In this document: piece after piece, positions 26,206-39,577 of the stretch
Numbering within the stretch: position 1 is the first letter of the stretch
Layout: each line of letters begins with the position of its first letter
From: Camelus ferus
Taxonomy: Eukaryota
Reading direction: 5' to 3'
DNA length: 64,000 bases
Assembly (NCBI RefSeq): GCF_009834535.1
Contig: NC_045696.1
Span: 19,842,001-19,906,000 of the forward strand
Made by a program: the position numbers and the translations under genes
The notes under the pieces: generated by a model
What the model saw: the letters and a program-made list of their open reading frames with translations, nothing else
What the model was told of the DNA's origin: nothing
Databases searched by the model: none

Positions 26206-27126
26206 GCTAAATTACCTTTCTCAGTCCGAGTCTAGGAACAACTCCCTATCTCCCTAGGAAATGAGAAATCTATTTGCTTCTTGAAACCAAAGCCTGCCCC
26301 ATTTTTCTCAGAATTATTCTTGATGATACAATCCTCATCTTCCAGAACAAAAACTGACTTTAGAGAGGGTATGGTGTGACCTGTTATGGTCCAGAAAAGG
26401 CAACAATTATAATGGAAAATTAATTTTCCAAAGTTTGTTCTCTCAATTTAAATAACATGTAGGGGACACCAAAGGGAAAAATGCATGGGTTAGAGCAACC
26501 CCATGGGTCTCCAAATCCTTTACATAAAATGTTTTTATGTAAGCATACACCTGTAAGTGGAACCACCTGTAAGAAGACCATTCTGCCCAGTCCTATTGAC
26601 CTGCAAACTATTAATTTTTTCCCTATAAACAAATGTTTGGGAATGGCATGGTTTGGGGGCAGAGATAGGAAGGCAAGCTTTGAGAACCAACTCCTGTTTT
26701 AAAGCAGGAAAGGTTTTCTTCATTAAAATGAAAAAATAAGTATTATGTATCTAGAAAGACTGAGCCTTCCTAATCATACACTCAATTTATGGTTCAAAAT
26801 AATGTCATTAGCATTTAAGGTGAAAAGAGCTACAATACAGATGACTTCATTAGGTCAGAGAGAACTCAGAAAAATGGGTGAATATAGGCCTTGTATCTCC
26901 ATATTGAAATGGACTTATCAATGGATTCCCTTCAAGGAAAAAAATACGTCTGACCCAATCTCAAAAATGCAGAAAGTGCTTACAGCCTTCTGTAAAGCAT
27001 TAAGACCCATTCAGCAAACTGCTGTGTATCCAGAGTGCTAAATTAATTTCATCAGTGTATTTTACTTCAACTCGTAAATTATTGAGGAAAAAGTTAATAG
27101 AAAAAGCATCAAGAAAGAGTATAAGC

Positions 27127-27904
27127 CACAAATGACAAATGCTGGAGAGGCTGTGGAGAAAGGGGAACCCTCCTACACTGCTGGTGGGAATGCAGTTTGG
27201 TGCAGCCACTATGGAAAACAGTGTGGAGATTCCTCAAAAGACTAGGAATAGACTTACCATATGACCCAGGAATCCCACTCCTGGGCTTGTATCCAGAAGG
27301 AAATCTACTTCAGGATGACACCTGCACCCCAATGTTCATAGCAGCACTATTTACAATAGCCAAAACATGGAAACAGCCTAAATATCCATCAACAGGTGAC
27401 TGGATAAAGAAGATGTGGTATATTTATACAATGGAATACTACTCAGCCATAAAAACCGACAACATAATGCCATTTGCAGCAACATGGATGCTCCTGGAGA
27501 ATGTCATTCTAAGTGAAGTAAGCCAGAAAGAGAAAGAAAAATACCATATGAGATCGCTCATATGTGGAATCTCAAAAACAAAAACAAAAACAAACAAACA
27601 AACAAAAACAAAGCATAAATAAAGGACAGAAATAGACTCACAGACAGAGAATACAGACTTGTGGTTACCAGGGGGGTGAAGGGTGGGAAGGGATAGACTG
27701 GGATTTCAAAATTGTAGAATAGACTACACTGTATAGCACAGGGAAATATACACAAAATGTTATGATAACTCACAGAGAAAAAAATGTGACAATGAGTGTG
27801 TATATGTCCATGAATAACTGAAAAATTGTGCTGAATACTGGAATTTGACACAACATTGTAAAATGATTATAAATCAATAAAAAATGTTAAAAAAAAAAAA
27901 AAAA
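27127..27904 (+). mobile_element. Young 5'-truncated L1 (camelid-type): ORF2 C-terminus, 3'UTR and poly(A)
   Basis: Open frame from 27128 encodes the ORF2 Cys-rich end ([18 protein letters not shown]…[13 protein letters not shown]…WIKKMWYIYTMEYYSAIK). AATAAA and poly(A) follow. Perfect 16-bp TSD AAGAAAGAGTATAAGC at 27111-27126 and 27905-27920. Confidence 0.96.
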
Positions 27905-27964
27905 AAGAAAGAGTATAAGCTTGGGCTGGTTTCCAGAAGAACGAATCAGAGATTTATCTATGGA

Positions 27965-28060
27965 AAAATTGTTTGTTTTCTTCATTGCTATGTTTCCAGT
28001 GCCTAGAACAGCCCCTGAAGGATGATAAGGATTCAATAAATACCTGTTGAACGAATGGGT
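27965..28060 (+). mobile_element. L2 3' terminus
   Basis: TTCATTGCTATGTTTCCAGTGCCTAGAACAG…TCAATAAATACCTGTTGAACGAATG. Confidence 0.75.
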
Positions 28061-30919
28061 AAAAGTAAAAACCATAGAAAAGTTTTGATAATTTAAGGGA
28101 AGAACAATGAAAATAAGCATTGCTTGTATTATTTATTGCCTTTTGATTAAAATTTACATTTAAGATCAAGCCAGAATTAAAAGTTCATTAAGTCATCTTC
28201 TGGACGAATTTTATCTTCCTACAAAGATTTATTACTTAAGTCGTATTTTACCATTAAATGAGATAAGCTCTGGTTCAGTATACTTCATACTCTGTCACAT
28301 ATTGACTAAAGCAGAGGATAGTGTCACTCATACTGACTTGCAACCAACCAAGTAATGCCAACAATAGAAGCATCTTGTCCTCCTTAAAAAAGTACCCAGG
28401 TAAGGCAGATTAGGGGCACATGGGGGCCTTGGACCCTGTATGGAATTTCTCTAGACTCACCTAAAACCTGTGTCTTCCTTGTTATTGTTGTCTTCCTTGG
28501 TTTCTCAGCTCCATGTTTGGCTTTATATCCCGATTACCCATCTCCTTTCAGGATGTCAGATTTGCAGGCCAGTTTTTCACTATCTCTTCCAGCTTTGCTA
28601 TTGACCCCATCTGTTTCTTACCACTTCAAATCATTGTCGTCTGATATTTCACAATGACCTCATGCCTACTACAATGATAACTGTCCCCTACCTGTATCCT
28701 ATACCAGGTTAGGGCTCAGTCTCTTCCTTGCCTTCGTAACTGTTTCCATAACAACACTAATAAACAACCATTGAGACCAGCTCCCAGAAGTGTGAACCTA
28801 GCAGTCCTCCTACTTTAGTTACAGCACTCATACCAAAGAGCTGGGGCCATTCTGAAATGAACTGTAGTTATTTAATTCATTAGAGTTAAAGCAGCCTTGT
28901 CTTAATACCCTTGAGGATCTGTTCTTTAACTAATTCGTGATATAGAGCATCTGTATTTAAGAATCTAATGCTATTTGCTAAACAATGCTAACACAGGTTG
29001 CAAAGTAGGGATGGAAAAATTCTGTAGGAGGAACAGGGACTATGACAACTTCCAAGAAGTCTGCAACTTGAATAAACTCTTTACTGTTGCCCTCAGTAAA
29101 AGAATAATTTTACCTAATGCATCTTAAAATTAGCAAATGGCAATATTAAAGGGTGGTCATAAAACATAACTTCAAAATTCACTGTTCATACAAGAAAGGA
29201 AATCAATGTCCAGAAATTTCAGTCTTTTAAGTATATCTCCCTCAAATTGCAGGTGGTGTCTCAAGAAAGTATCACAGAAACCTAAGTATAGTAAAATTAG
29301 TTTCACTCAATATTGGAGAGGCCAAAGTGTTGTCTAATTCACTTTTTCTGTCTTAACTCTGTTTATCGGAATAAGTTATTTGATAGATTTGTAGGAAGAC
29401 AATTTTCTTCTTTGAAATCAAAAGTCATAATAATCACATTTGTTTATAAGGCTCTTATGCCTGAATTTCCTTTTACTTAAAATCAAATATATGGCAGTAA
29501 AATAAACATTTTGTTCTCCATACCATCATCATTTAAACTCCATGGTCAATTATTCTGAGAATGAGAGGTTTTAGATGTAACATATGAGTCTGACTGTCTA
29601 AATTTACAAATGAAAAAAAAATGACACTGAGAAAGATTAAATGACCTTCCCAATTTCACTGAGCTTAAAGAGCAAAATTATAACTTGAATCTAGAGTAAT
29701 AATTTTTGTGCTACAGAATGCTTAAACATGGAAAAATGCAAGATCAATTTTCTAATCACTACATAATATAATTCTATAATTTATTTCCTAAATGAAGTGT
29801 GAGAATATTGCCTGTTAAGATATTTTTTAAAAGTTAAATTCTATTCTAATGATTTCAGAGGAGCAGTTTTATTTATTGGTGACTCTAATGCCATTATTGT
29901 ATATTAATAGATTCCTTTCTTAATTCAGCTTTCATCTCTAATTACCAAAGTGACTATAGCTACCAATGCCAAAAACTGATTTAAAAGTGAAAAACTGAGC
30001 CAGATCATCACAGGATGACAATTTATTGGCTAAAGTTCCCAAATAACTGGCTTATATATATTTTTTCCAAATGTGTCTGATCAACAAAATAGATGCTCAA
30101 TAAATAACAAGTAATTGGCTCTAATCAACTCTTTAAGCATAAGACAGAGAGAAATTAGGAGTTAGAGTCAGACTGAATGCAGTAAGTTAGTTCAGAAAAT
30201 TTCCTATCAGTTCTTTATTATAGACCTCTTTTTTCTGTGTTGTTCATAACATACAGAATTGTTTTCTTGATTGTGGGTGCTTACTAGATGCATACTGAAA
30301 AGAAAAAAATAAATTTGAATAGCCCATAGTTAAAATGTCTAAGCTCTTAACCATGATGGCTATGCTACAATGAGAAAAAAAATCTCTGTTAAATGTATTT
30401 ATGTTTTATAGTATAATGTAAAGCATGTGCCACATCTAAAGCCAGAGAACGCAGTCATATCCACATTTGTTGGTTCAAAAACTTGGAAGCTTCCTGGGTC
30501 AAATCTGAAACTGAATCAATTCCCAGAGGGCAAGGAGAGACTGAAGAAAGTGTCAGGTCACTACAGCTTAGTCTGTGTCAGGTTTAATTAGCAAGGGAAC
30601 TTAAAAGGAGGCTTGTCTTGGGTGGCCCACAAGATGAGTAGATCTTCACGCCAGCTCGCCAGAATCTTAAGAGCTTGTATAGAGGCTGTAACTGGGTTCC
30701 ATTATGAATTCAGTACAGGTGGTCTCAACAACACCTTGTTCTTTCAAGGCTGTGTCCTTGAACACAGCCTTCACTGTGAAGAAGGCAGACAAGCGTACGT
30801 TTCGAGGATGGGGAGGAGTGAACCTCAGGCTGCTCGAGTTTAGGTCCAGGGTCAGCTGGCAGCCACGTCCTCCTGATGACCTACTCCAACAACATTCCTT
30901 AGCAACCTGGTATATTTTG

Positions 30920-31120
30920 AGTAGCTAACATGCTCTGCGTACTGAGTTAAGTCCTTTATATGCATCATCCAGTTTATTTCTTGCAGAAATTTTATGAGAC
31001 ACATGGCTCTGCCCATTTTGTAAATGAGAAACCTGAGGACAAGCTCTAGCAGCTGGACAAGGTCACAGAGTCATGAGGCGTTGGAGCTGTGGTTTGGACC
31101 CAGGCATCCTTCACTGCAAA
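30920..31120 (-). mobile_element. MIR SINE
   Basis: CCCATTTTGTAAATGAGAAACCTGAGG…CAAGGTCACAGAG…TTTGGACCCAGGCA. Confidence 0.7.
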
Positions 31121-32552
31121 GGCTGGTATGTCAAAAGTTTAAAATATCTTTTAAATAATAGTGCACTTAAAAGCCTCTTACTAGAGGCTCTTAGGAAATC
31201 AAAGATGTTTTAAAAAGAATTTTTTAAATTTCAAAATTTTCTTCACAGATTACAATTTTGATATCCTTAGATGATCTAAATGAGAAAATCATCCATTAAA
31301 CTAACAAAAATTCAAGATGGATAACTTAATATTAAAAAGGTTCACAGTGTTCACCTGTTGATGCCAGACCGTTATCACGTTTTGAAATATTAATTACGAC
31401 ATAAAATATATATCTTTACATAAAATTATGTAAAATTTGCAATTTTAGAAACTATTATCTTATTGTTGTCAACAATTATTAAAAAATGAGAATAATGTAC
31501 AAATAAATAATAATACCTAATGTGCTGTTAAATTCATGACAGTTCATCTTTATATAGAGAGATGGCATTTAATAATTTTATTTATGTGCATGCTGGATTT
31601 ATTTATCACCTACAAGTATCCTAGCATATATTTAATTTCCCCTAAATCATAACATTCGTAATTTTTCCAGTGTATAGCATAATTAATTGTACGTAAAAAA
31701 AGGAAAATAACTGATTCCCTTTTTACCAAAAGAAAGAGCACTCTTATGGACATCTTAAAAGCACAGAAATTCTTAGAATTTCTTAAAATATTGTAGTGGA
31801 AAGAGGATGAAAGAAGCACTTATTTATATTTTGTAGGTCTGAGTGTTTGCAGGAAATTCTCTTCTTGCAACATTTTGAGTAATTTTCTGAAGTGTTCATG
31901 AGCCAAATTACTGATCTTCACGAAGATGTGTAATTATCCAAACAGAATGCTTCCTTGTGAATACTGCAAACACAATTAAAGAGGCACTAACATAAATTAC
32001 GCTAGAGCATACCACTCTGTTGGGGTTTTTTTTCTTTTTCTTAAGTCGGAAGAGAAATCTTGAATATGGCCACAGAATGTATTATCGGTACTCTTTTAGT
32101 TCTAACATCTTGAAAAAGCAGTTGCATTCAAGGTAAAATTTGGCCTGATAATAAAGTGACAGGGGCTGGGCTCTTACACAGTATCAACTTAAGGCTTCGT
32201 TCACTCTCAGGGATGACCACTGCATCTGGGAAAGCTGTCAGTGTTTGGGTTGGTTTGATGTACCTGTCTAATTTGGATCGTAATTATGCCCACTGGGTGG
32301 GGAATGTGACTAACTTTGTGTTCTGACAGCACCTGGTGCACAGTTGGAGTTTAGCTAAGTGTTGAATAATAATCCACAGAAATCAATTTAATAATTGCAA
32401 AAGAGGCCTTTATGCGGTGAAATTATTTTTTGTATCTCTAAGAATTATTGGGAAAAAAATTCTAGCTTAGCAAAGAATTGCTATACATGGGGTCATCCTG
32501 TCCTACGGGAAACTGCTGTGTGTCTCCTGACTGCATTTTCTGTCTGTAATAG

Positions 32553-32850
32553 ACAAGAACAAGGCAGTGAACTCTGAAATGAATGAAGTGCACAGAGATG
32601 AGGGAAAGGGCCTGGTCCCCATGCCACGCTGTTTTGGTATGTTCTTGGAAAAGTCTGGCTTGGACGTTCACGAAGCAGATGCAGCCCTCGAGGCAATCCA
32701 CGTGCGGCGGGCTGGCCTCTTACACCACGTAGCTGAAGAGCTGGTCCACAAAGAGCGCGCCCTAGGATCGTAAGACTCCAGTGCTGCAAAGCCTTTCTGC
32801 AGAACTGATCCAAGCCCTTAAGCTTGAGACTGAAGCCCAGAGATACGAAG
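32553..32850 (+). pseudogene. Candidate decayed coding exon (unknown gene)
   Basis: Acceptor TTTTCTGTCTGTAATAG and donor GAAG|GTAAGC. One 1-nt frameshift joins two open frames. CpG-retaining, GC-elevated block in AT-rich DNA. Confidence 0.45.
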
Positions 32851-35309
32851 GTAAGCGGCCTGCTCAGCGTCACTCATGCATATACTGTGTTGTGCCTTTT
32901 TCACTATGTTACCCTCTCCCAAACCAAAAAGAACAAGCATACATTACCATCACTGGCATAAACAGAAAGCTCCGTGCTTAAAATGCTATTTGATACACTG
33001 TTCTTTTATCTTGATCCGTACTTGTATTTAGTTAAGCAGGAGATAGGTCAAGCAAAGGCTACTACACTATTGTTAAGTGTGGAAATGAATGTAAAGGTGT
33101 TATTGGTCACTGGATACCATTCCGTTATCTGTAACAAAATCTAGTATTTTGTTGTGACCTCCATGCCCCTGTCTTCTTTCCTTTGCTATTTTGAACACGT
33201 GTTTGAAGCAGTTTCTGTCCTGCGTTCTTCCCACTGGGGTTTGAATTGCTCGTCCAAGGCTCATAATTGATTTGCTCCTCCACGGCTGTTACTCTGACAC
33301 ATGAAATATCAGAACAATAGCAGCATTAGGTGCATTAACAGCTGCATTTCAACAGGTCTGTTTTTGGGTGATGGATTCAGAGTAGAGTGCTTTTATCTAC
33401 ACTGTGATACCATGATGGGAAGTAGGTCTTTTCCTCTTTTAAAAAAATAAAGCCATGATGGAAATGAAATAATATAATTTTTAAATCTTGGAGATCATAT
33501 AAACTGGAAGCCATTCCTTGTGTGTTAATTGCTATGTGTGATAAACATCCTCTGCCATCTGTGCTGATTGCTGTATTATAGGTAACACTTTGGAACAAAC
33601 GATGGATCCCATATAGTTTGGGATCATATATGACTTTTTAGGATTGCCTAGAGAAGAGGGTTTACTTAGAAATAAAAATGCATTACAGTTTACCACTCGT
33701 TTGCCTAACAAAACCTACTGGACCTTTTTTTATGCTACTTTGAAATAAAAATAATTAGAATAATTACCAAGGCATGTATTTTTGCCTCTGTACTATAGCC
33801 ACATGCTGGAGTTAGGTATACCCTCCTCTCAACAGACGTGCCATCGCTTAGTCTTACCTGAGGATTTATTAAATTTAAACATTATTTTACCCTTATTTGG
33901 CACTTTTTCTTTTCTTGAAGTTAGAGAAAATGCATTGACAGAGTTTATATTAAAATTCTTACTTCTGCCTTGAAATGTGTTTATGTCTGATAAAAAGCAG
34001 TTAGTTTTCAGCTAAATAGAATTACAAAACACACAAAAATTACACTAGGAATACAGGCAACGTTATAATGACCGCCAGAGCTACTAAAAGTAATGCAATT
34101 AAATATAGTGTATTTTAAACTCATATTTTATGTTTTTCCAGAGAAGTGAAAAATTAGTGCCACATTTATGTCAATGTCTAGATGGACTGGAGCATACTAA
34201 GCAAATTTTCTTTCTGCCCAAGCGGTGGCTTCTTGCTCATGGTCAGGGAAACCTGTTTCTACATCTGTATTCCTGTCTCTCACCTGGACGTGGGAGAAGT
34301 ATTGTTAAATTGTTCCCTTCCACTCTTAGCTTTTGTCTCTGGTGATTCAGCATGGTAACCCAGAGGGAAAGCAGAAATATTTTATCTATGCTCCATGAAA
34401 GATGAATAAATTACTTTTTCTTCCCTTTCTTTCCCTGAGAACCCAATGCTCTATGTATTTCCTCTAGTCTAAATACATGCAAATCCTGAGTCCAGGTACA
34501 TAAAGTTGTTTACTGCAATGTCAGACTTCAAATGAGCAAAAGAATGTGTGGGAATTAGAGATTAGAGTTTGCAGCTCTGACAGAGAAGTTTCTTTTACCA
34601 TAAAAGTGTAAAGCTTTTAGAGCGAGGCTTTTAAAAAGATTGCTTCACCAAATAGACTCTCCCTCTTTCCAAAACTCTCTCTCTTTTCAAATCTCTCAGC
34701 ATAATCTCCCTGTCAACTGAGCACCTCAGACTCCTGATGCTAAAAAGAGCTCTTCTTTGTTCGTATGTGCTGCTATTCCTAGAGACAGAGGGTGACTGGT
34801 GTCATAGGAAGAGGAAGGACCAATGGAGATATTCAACTCAAGTTTCTTCTTTCTACTAGGAGAAACGGGAGATGGTTTTTCTCACTAGCTGAGTTAAGAT
34901 GCAAACACGCAAACGCATTTTACTGAAAATTTGTGGGGTTTTTTGTAGATAATTACATATTCTCAGAGGAAGATAAGACATTCTTTTTTTTTTTTTTTTT
35001 TTTTTTTTAAAGCAGGGTTTCTTAAGGGCAGCAAAAAACTAAATAATGTCACTGTTTTACTAAGGAACTTTCGATTTCTGCCTTGGCCAGGCCTATTTTA
35101 CAAGAATTGGCTCAAGTTCAGATTTGGCTTTTTTTTTTTTTTTTTGGCTTTTTTTAAAATTTCAAGTATCTCCTAACCTTGATTAGAGGACTTGTGAATT
35201 ATTTCTATTAAATGAAACAGCTTTTGCATATGTTTAACCCTTTTAATATAGGAATCGAGTAAGTTATCCAGCATCATGTAATATAATTACAAAATATTAG
35301 TAAAAGGTA

Positions 35310-35659
35310 TGTACTTATATAGAGAGCACATGTCTTTCTTAGGGTCCATGGGTCAAGTGGCTAAGCCCAGAGTGGTCAGTTCAAACCAGAAGAGGAAGGT
35401 TTTGGTACATTACACAGAGCCCTTAGGTAAGGGGCACACTTGGGGAAGCACTTGGAGACAGGGGAGACTGTTGGTCACGAGGGCTGTGAGGGAGTCATAA
35501 CAAGAACTTAATCTTTGCTTCTGACTGAAGGCTGTCGTCTGATACAGGCACTTGGCTGAAGGGGCTAGTGTCAGCTTAAGGTCCCTGTAGGCCACTTGGC
35601 TAAACAAAATTAATACCAAGGCACCAGTACCATGAAGCAGCTTAGCTAAACTCTAGACA
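35310..35659 (-). mobile_element. Probable LTR fragment (family uncertain)
   Basis: GC-balanced block whose reverse complement starts TGTCTAGAGTTTAGCTAAGCTGC, an LTR-like TG start. Confidence 0.4.
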
Positions 35660-38600
35660 GTCATCATCCAATCATTACTTTCCTAGTTTTTTTTTTTTTT
35701 TTAAATCTTTATCTTCTTTTTACTTTCTGCTTTGGAGTTGGATTATTCTGTAAGCTAATGATAGTCTGAGTCTTACAAGAGAATTATATTTAATTCTAGA
35801 GAATCTTTGTATGCAGAAAATTACATTTTGTTTTCTCTATATTTTATCCAACTTTGATTATTTACTTTAAAAATAGCATTGCATGAGCAATAATCACAGA
35901 TGAGAAAATATCAGTGGCTAGTTTTATGTATTTTATATATATATATTTATATGCATAATTTATATAATATTGGTAATCTATACAAGGGTGCATAGTTTGT
36001 ATAAATATATCATCATATAAATAGATATAATTTATATTAAATATTTATTTATAATTACATACTACATACATATGGAGCAGAAAGTCCTAGCACTCTGTAA
36101 CTGGTGAATTAAGACAATAAACATTTATCGAATATTAAATGTATGGGAGTGTGTTTTTAAGGAAATAGTGAAAGGAATGAAACTTTATATTCTACACAGG
36201 CGATTTACTAGGTATATTTTTTTAATTAACAAAAATTTAAAAAAATAAACACTGAGCAAAATGTATTTCCATGTCTAAGGCTTGGGGTATCAAATCCTGT
36301 TGAAATGTTCAGAACTAATTTTACAACATTAATATAACAAAGTCGAGGAGGTTTAATGTTCTCATTCACACCACAGTTTGATGCAATAAGGTAAAGTATC
36401 AGGACATAGAGTGGCCTCCATGTAATTTATAAGCTATCACCTTCTCTGTTACTTTCCCTAGATCACATAACAGCCTTTTACAAAGTTTATAAAACTTGTA
36501 AAACCTGTGAATTTTTTTTTCAGTGTTTCCTGAAATTTTCTCTATACCAAAATGAAGGCTTTCTTTTTTGACACAAATATGGTTAAACATAGTGTGTTTT
36601 TTTTTGTACAAATAGTTTTAATTTAATATGGTTGATAGTGATAATAACAAGCTAACTAGTAGATACAAACTTAAATGCTGACTTTTTTAACAATAAACAA
36701 CTGATTTCTACAGAGTTTAGAGATTTGAATGGCAAAATTTCTAAGGATAATTCCAAGATTACATTTGTCTTATGATCTCATTTTCAATAAAGTCTCTGGA
36801 TATTAATAATGTCTATCATAAGAGGGTTCATTTTCTTGTTTCAAATTAATTTAAAAATTGTGCTCACTTCATATGGACAACTATATAAAAATATAAGTTA
36901 TTCTTCCTATTTTTATGGTAGTTTTTATTATAGAAGTTAATATTTTAACACTGATTTTTCTCTATCCCTTTAAGCTCCTGCAAAAAGGGACTAGACAGAC
37001 ACCAGAGGGAGCCCAAGTTACCTAACCCTTTTCTCAAGAGCTAAAATGACCTCATTTGTCACCTTACTTAGAAGCAGTAGAGTTAATATTCAGAGTCAAC
37101 ACAACACACCTAAAAATAGAAGAACAAATAGCTTAACTTATTCAGGTTTATATAGAAAAAAACAAACTGCAAGATGGATCTTCACCATTTAACTTGATAG
37201 TTTTTTAAATTACTTAGAATGTTTCTAGTAGAATGCAAAAGCACAAGCAATTTCTAAAGGAACCTGGAATCTAGAGCAGGAGAATGAAATGTGAGGGGCA
37301 ATGTAGATCCTCCAGGATCTGAATTTCCATGTGGTTGGGACACATAGTCTATCTCCCAGCCCAGCTGTAAGAACATACAGGTGTGTAGTATTCACGGTCC
37401 ATCATTTGGCTTTATTATTTTATAGGTGATGAAATTCCTCTCTAAGCCTCTTTTCCACTTCTGCTTTCTCACTCCTCAGACTTTATGTTTTTTTTTTCTT
37501 AAAAAGAGTACATGTAAAGAAACAATACCCAGCGCTAAGGCAATTCACTTTTTATCAGGGCCTTTGGCGGTAACAAAATAGAGATTGCAATATTTCACCA
37601 TACTCGTAATGTAGTGGTACAGAGGCTCTTTGAAACAAGCACACCAGGCAGAAGACAGGGCGAGCCTGTGTCTGGGTTGATGCTTGCTGGCTACGGTTCA
37701 GATATCTGGAGCTTCCACCTTTGAACAACAAAAAGAACTTCTAAATTGTGTCTTACAGCTTTATTGAGTTCATGTTTTTAAAATAATTCTAATGCCACAT
37801 CATATGAAAATAATATTCTATTTGCCATGAATGTTCAGTGCTCGTTGGGTTTGTTGGTTTCTCTATGTGTTTGTTTTGCTTTTTGGTGAATACTGTCAGA
37901 ACAAATGGACAGTGTGTTTCATAGTGGAGGAGGGGGAAAAAAAACCAAACTCTGCCTTATTTACAATTAATCCAGACATGAGACTCTCAGAACCTCTTTT
38001 GGAAATCATTATTCTGTATTCCTGAGTAAGTTTTAATTACTGTTGTTAAATCCTCATTTAAAAATTATTTTGTGAGTGATTTTGAAACTTAATATATTAT
38101 TTGAATAGACCTTTTAAAATCAATTTTATAATCATTATACTGCAGATCTCTTTTATAATGATTATAATCCATATCTCCGATTCTTTTCATTAATCCATTT
38201 TCCCTCTGGTCTTTCTGTTCCTGGTAAGATTTATCTTAATAACCAAGAGTTTCCTTTTACTGCCATCATTTTCCCCTGGTAATGTGGTGAGTTTCTTTCT
38301 ACCTTCCTTTCCTTAGCATCACTACTCCTCTCTTCCTTCTCCTAAAATAACCTTCTTTAAGAAAAGGAATATAGATCAGCTACTGCACTGAATAGCACAT
38401 TAAATCTGTGTGTTTACGTTCGAGGGAGTATTTTCATTTCTCTAATGGCCACATTTTAAAACTGATTAGGGCATTATCAGATGGGAAGAGGAGATCTTTA
38501 TACGTGAAGATGTTACCTCTTGTCTGCACATGATATTTTATTGTGGACAAATATTAGTCCATCTGGAAGTAGCAAAACTTTATTAACAAAATGTGTACAC

Positions 38601-39312
38601 TCACTGTCACTGTGGCTAGTGTACGTAAAAATCTCTATGCTTGTCTCAGAATTATTCACTTGGGAAATATTTACATGCGTATTTTCGAAAAAAGCAACCT
38701 GACCTTTTTTTTTTCCCCTAACAAAATATGACAATATTCAAATACATTGACGTTTTATTAAACTAGTGGCAAGTGGGATGGTATCTGTAAACAAAATGAG
38801 ATCATCACAGATGCTGACACCACTCACTCTCAACTCTGTGGTCTTGATCCCATGTCTTAGATCTTGTTATTCTCAGTTTCTTTGTTTGAAAAATATTAAA
38901 ACTGCGATGTATCTCATTAAAATGCTGCCAGAATATAATGGATAATCTATATGAAAGACTTCATATACTATATTTACTGGTAGCCTCTGAATAAATATGA
39001 GATACCTTTAAACATTTCTCCAAATGAATACTGTAATTATACTGGAAATGAATTTCCACCTTTATAAGTTTTCCCTCCAATATTTATTGAACTTTTACCA
39101 AAATAGATGATAAATAGATAGATAGATAATATATTGATAGGTAGATAAAGATATTATATTGAAATCAGTAATGTGTTACAGTTAGTCAGAAATGTGTTTT
39201 ACATGCCTCTCCCCCCAAAAAATTCTCTTGTGTATTTTTGTTTTTCCTTGGCAGTAAGGGAATAGGGAGCAGATGTCTAAGTTAGTAGGATATTAAATTC
39301 ATTTACACTCTA

Positions 39313-39577
39313 TAACCTGGAGGGAAAGGGATGGGAAGGGATGAACTGGGAGTTTGAGATTTACAGATACTAACTACTGTATGTAAACTAGATAAACAAC
39401 AAGTTTATACTATATAGCACAGGGAACTATGTTCAATATCTTGTAGTAACTTATGGTTAAAAAGAATATGAAAATGAATATATGTATGTTCCTGTATGAC
39501 TGAAGTATTGTGCTGTACACTAGAAATTGACACAACATTGTGAACTGACTATAGTTCAATAACTATTAAAAAAGTAA
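39313..39577 (+). mobile_element. L1 3'UTR fragment (camelid/artiodactyl type)
   Basis: GGGAAGGGATGAACTGGGAGTTTGAGATT…TATAGCACAGGGAACTAT…TTGACACAACATTGT is similar to the 3'UTR of the 27-kb L1. Confidence 0.85.

Noticed and set aside
27197..27622. 141-aa ORF as a host gene
   Set aside because: It is the L1 ORF2 C-terminus of a truncated insertion.
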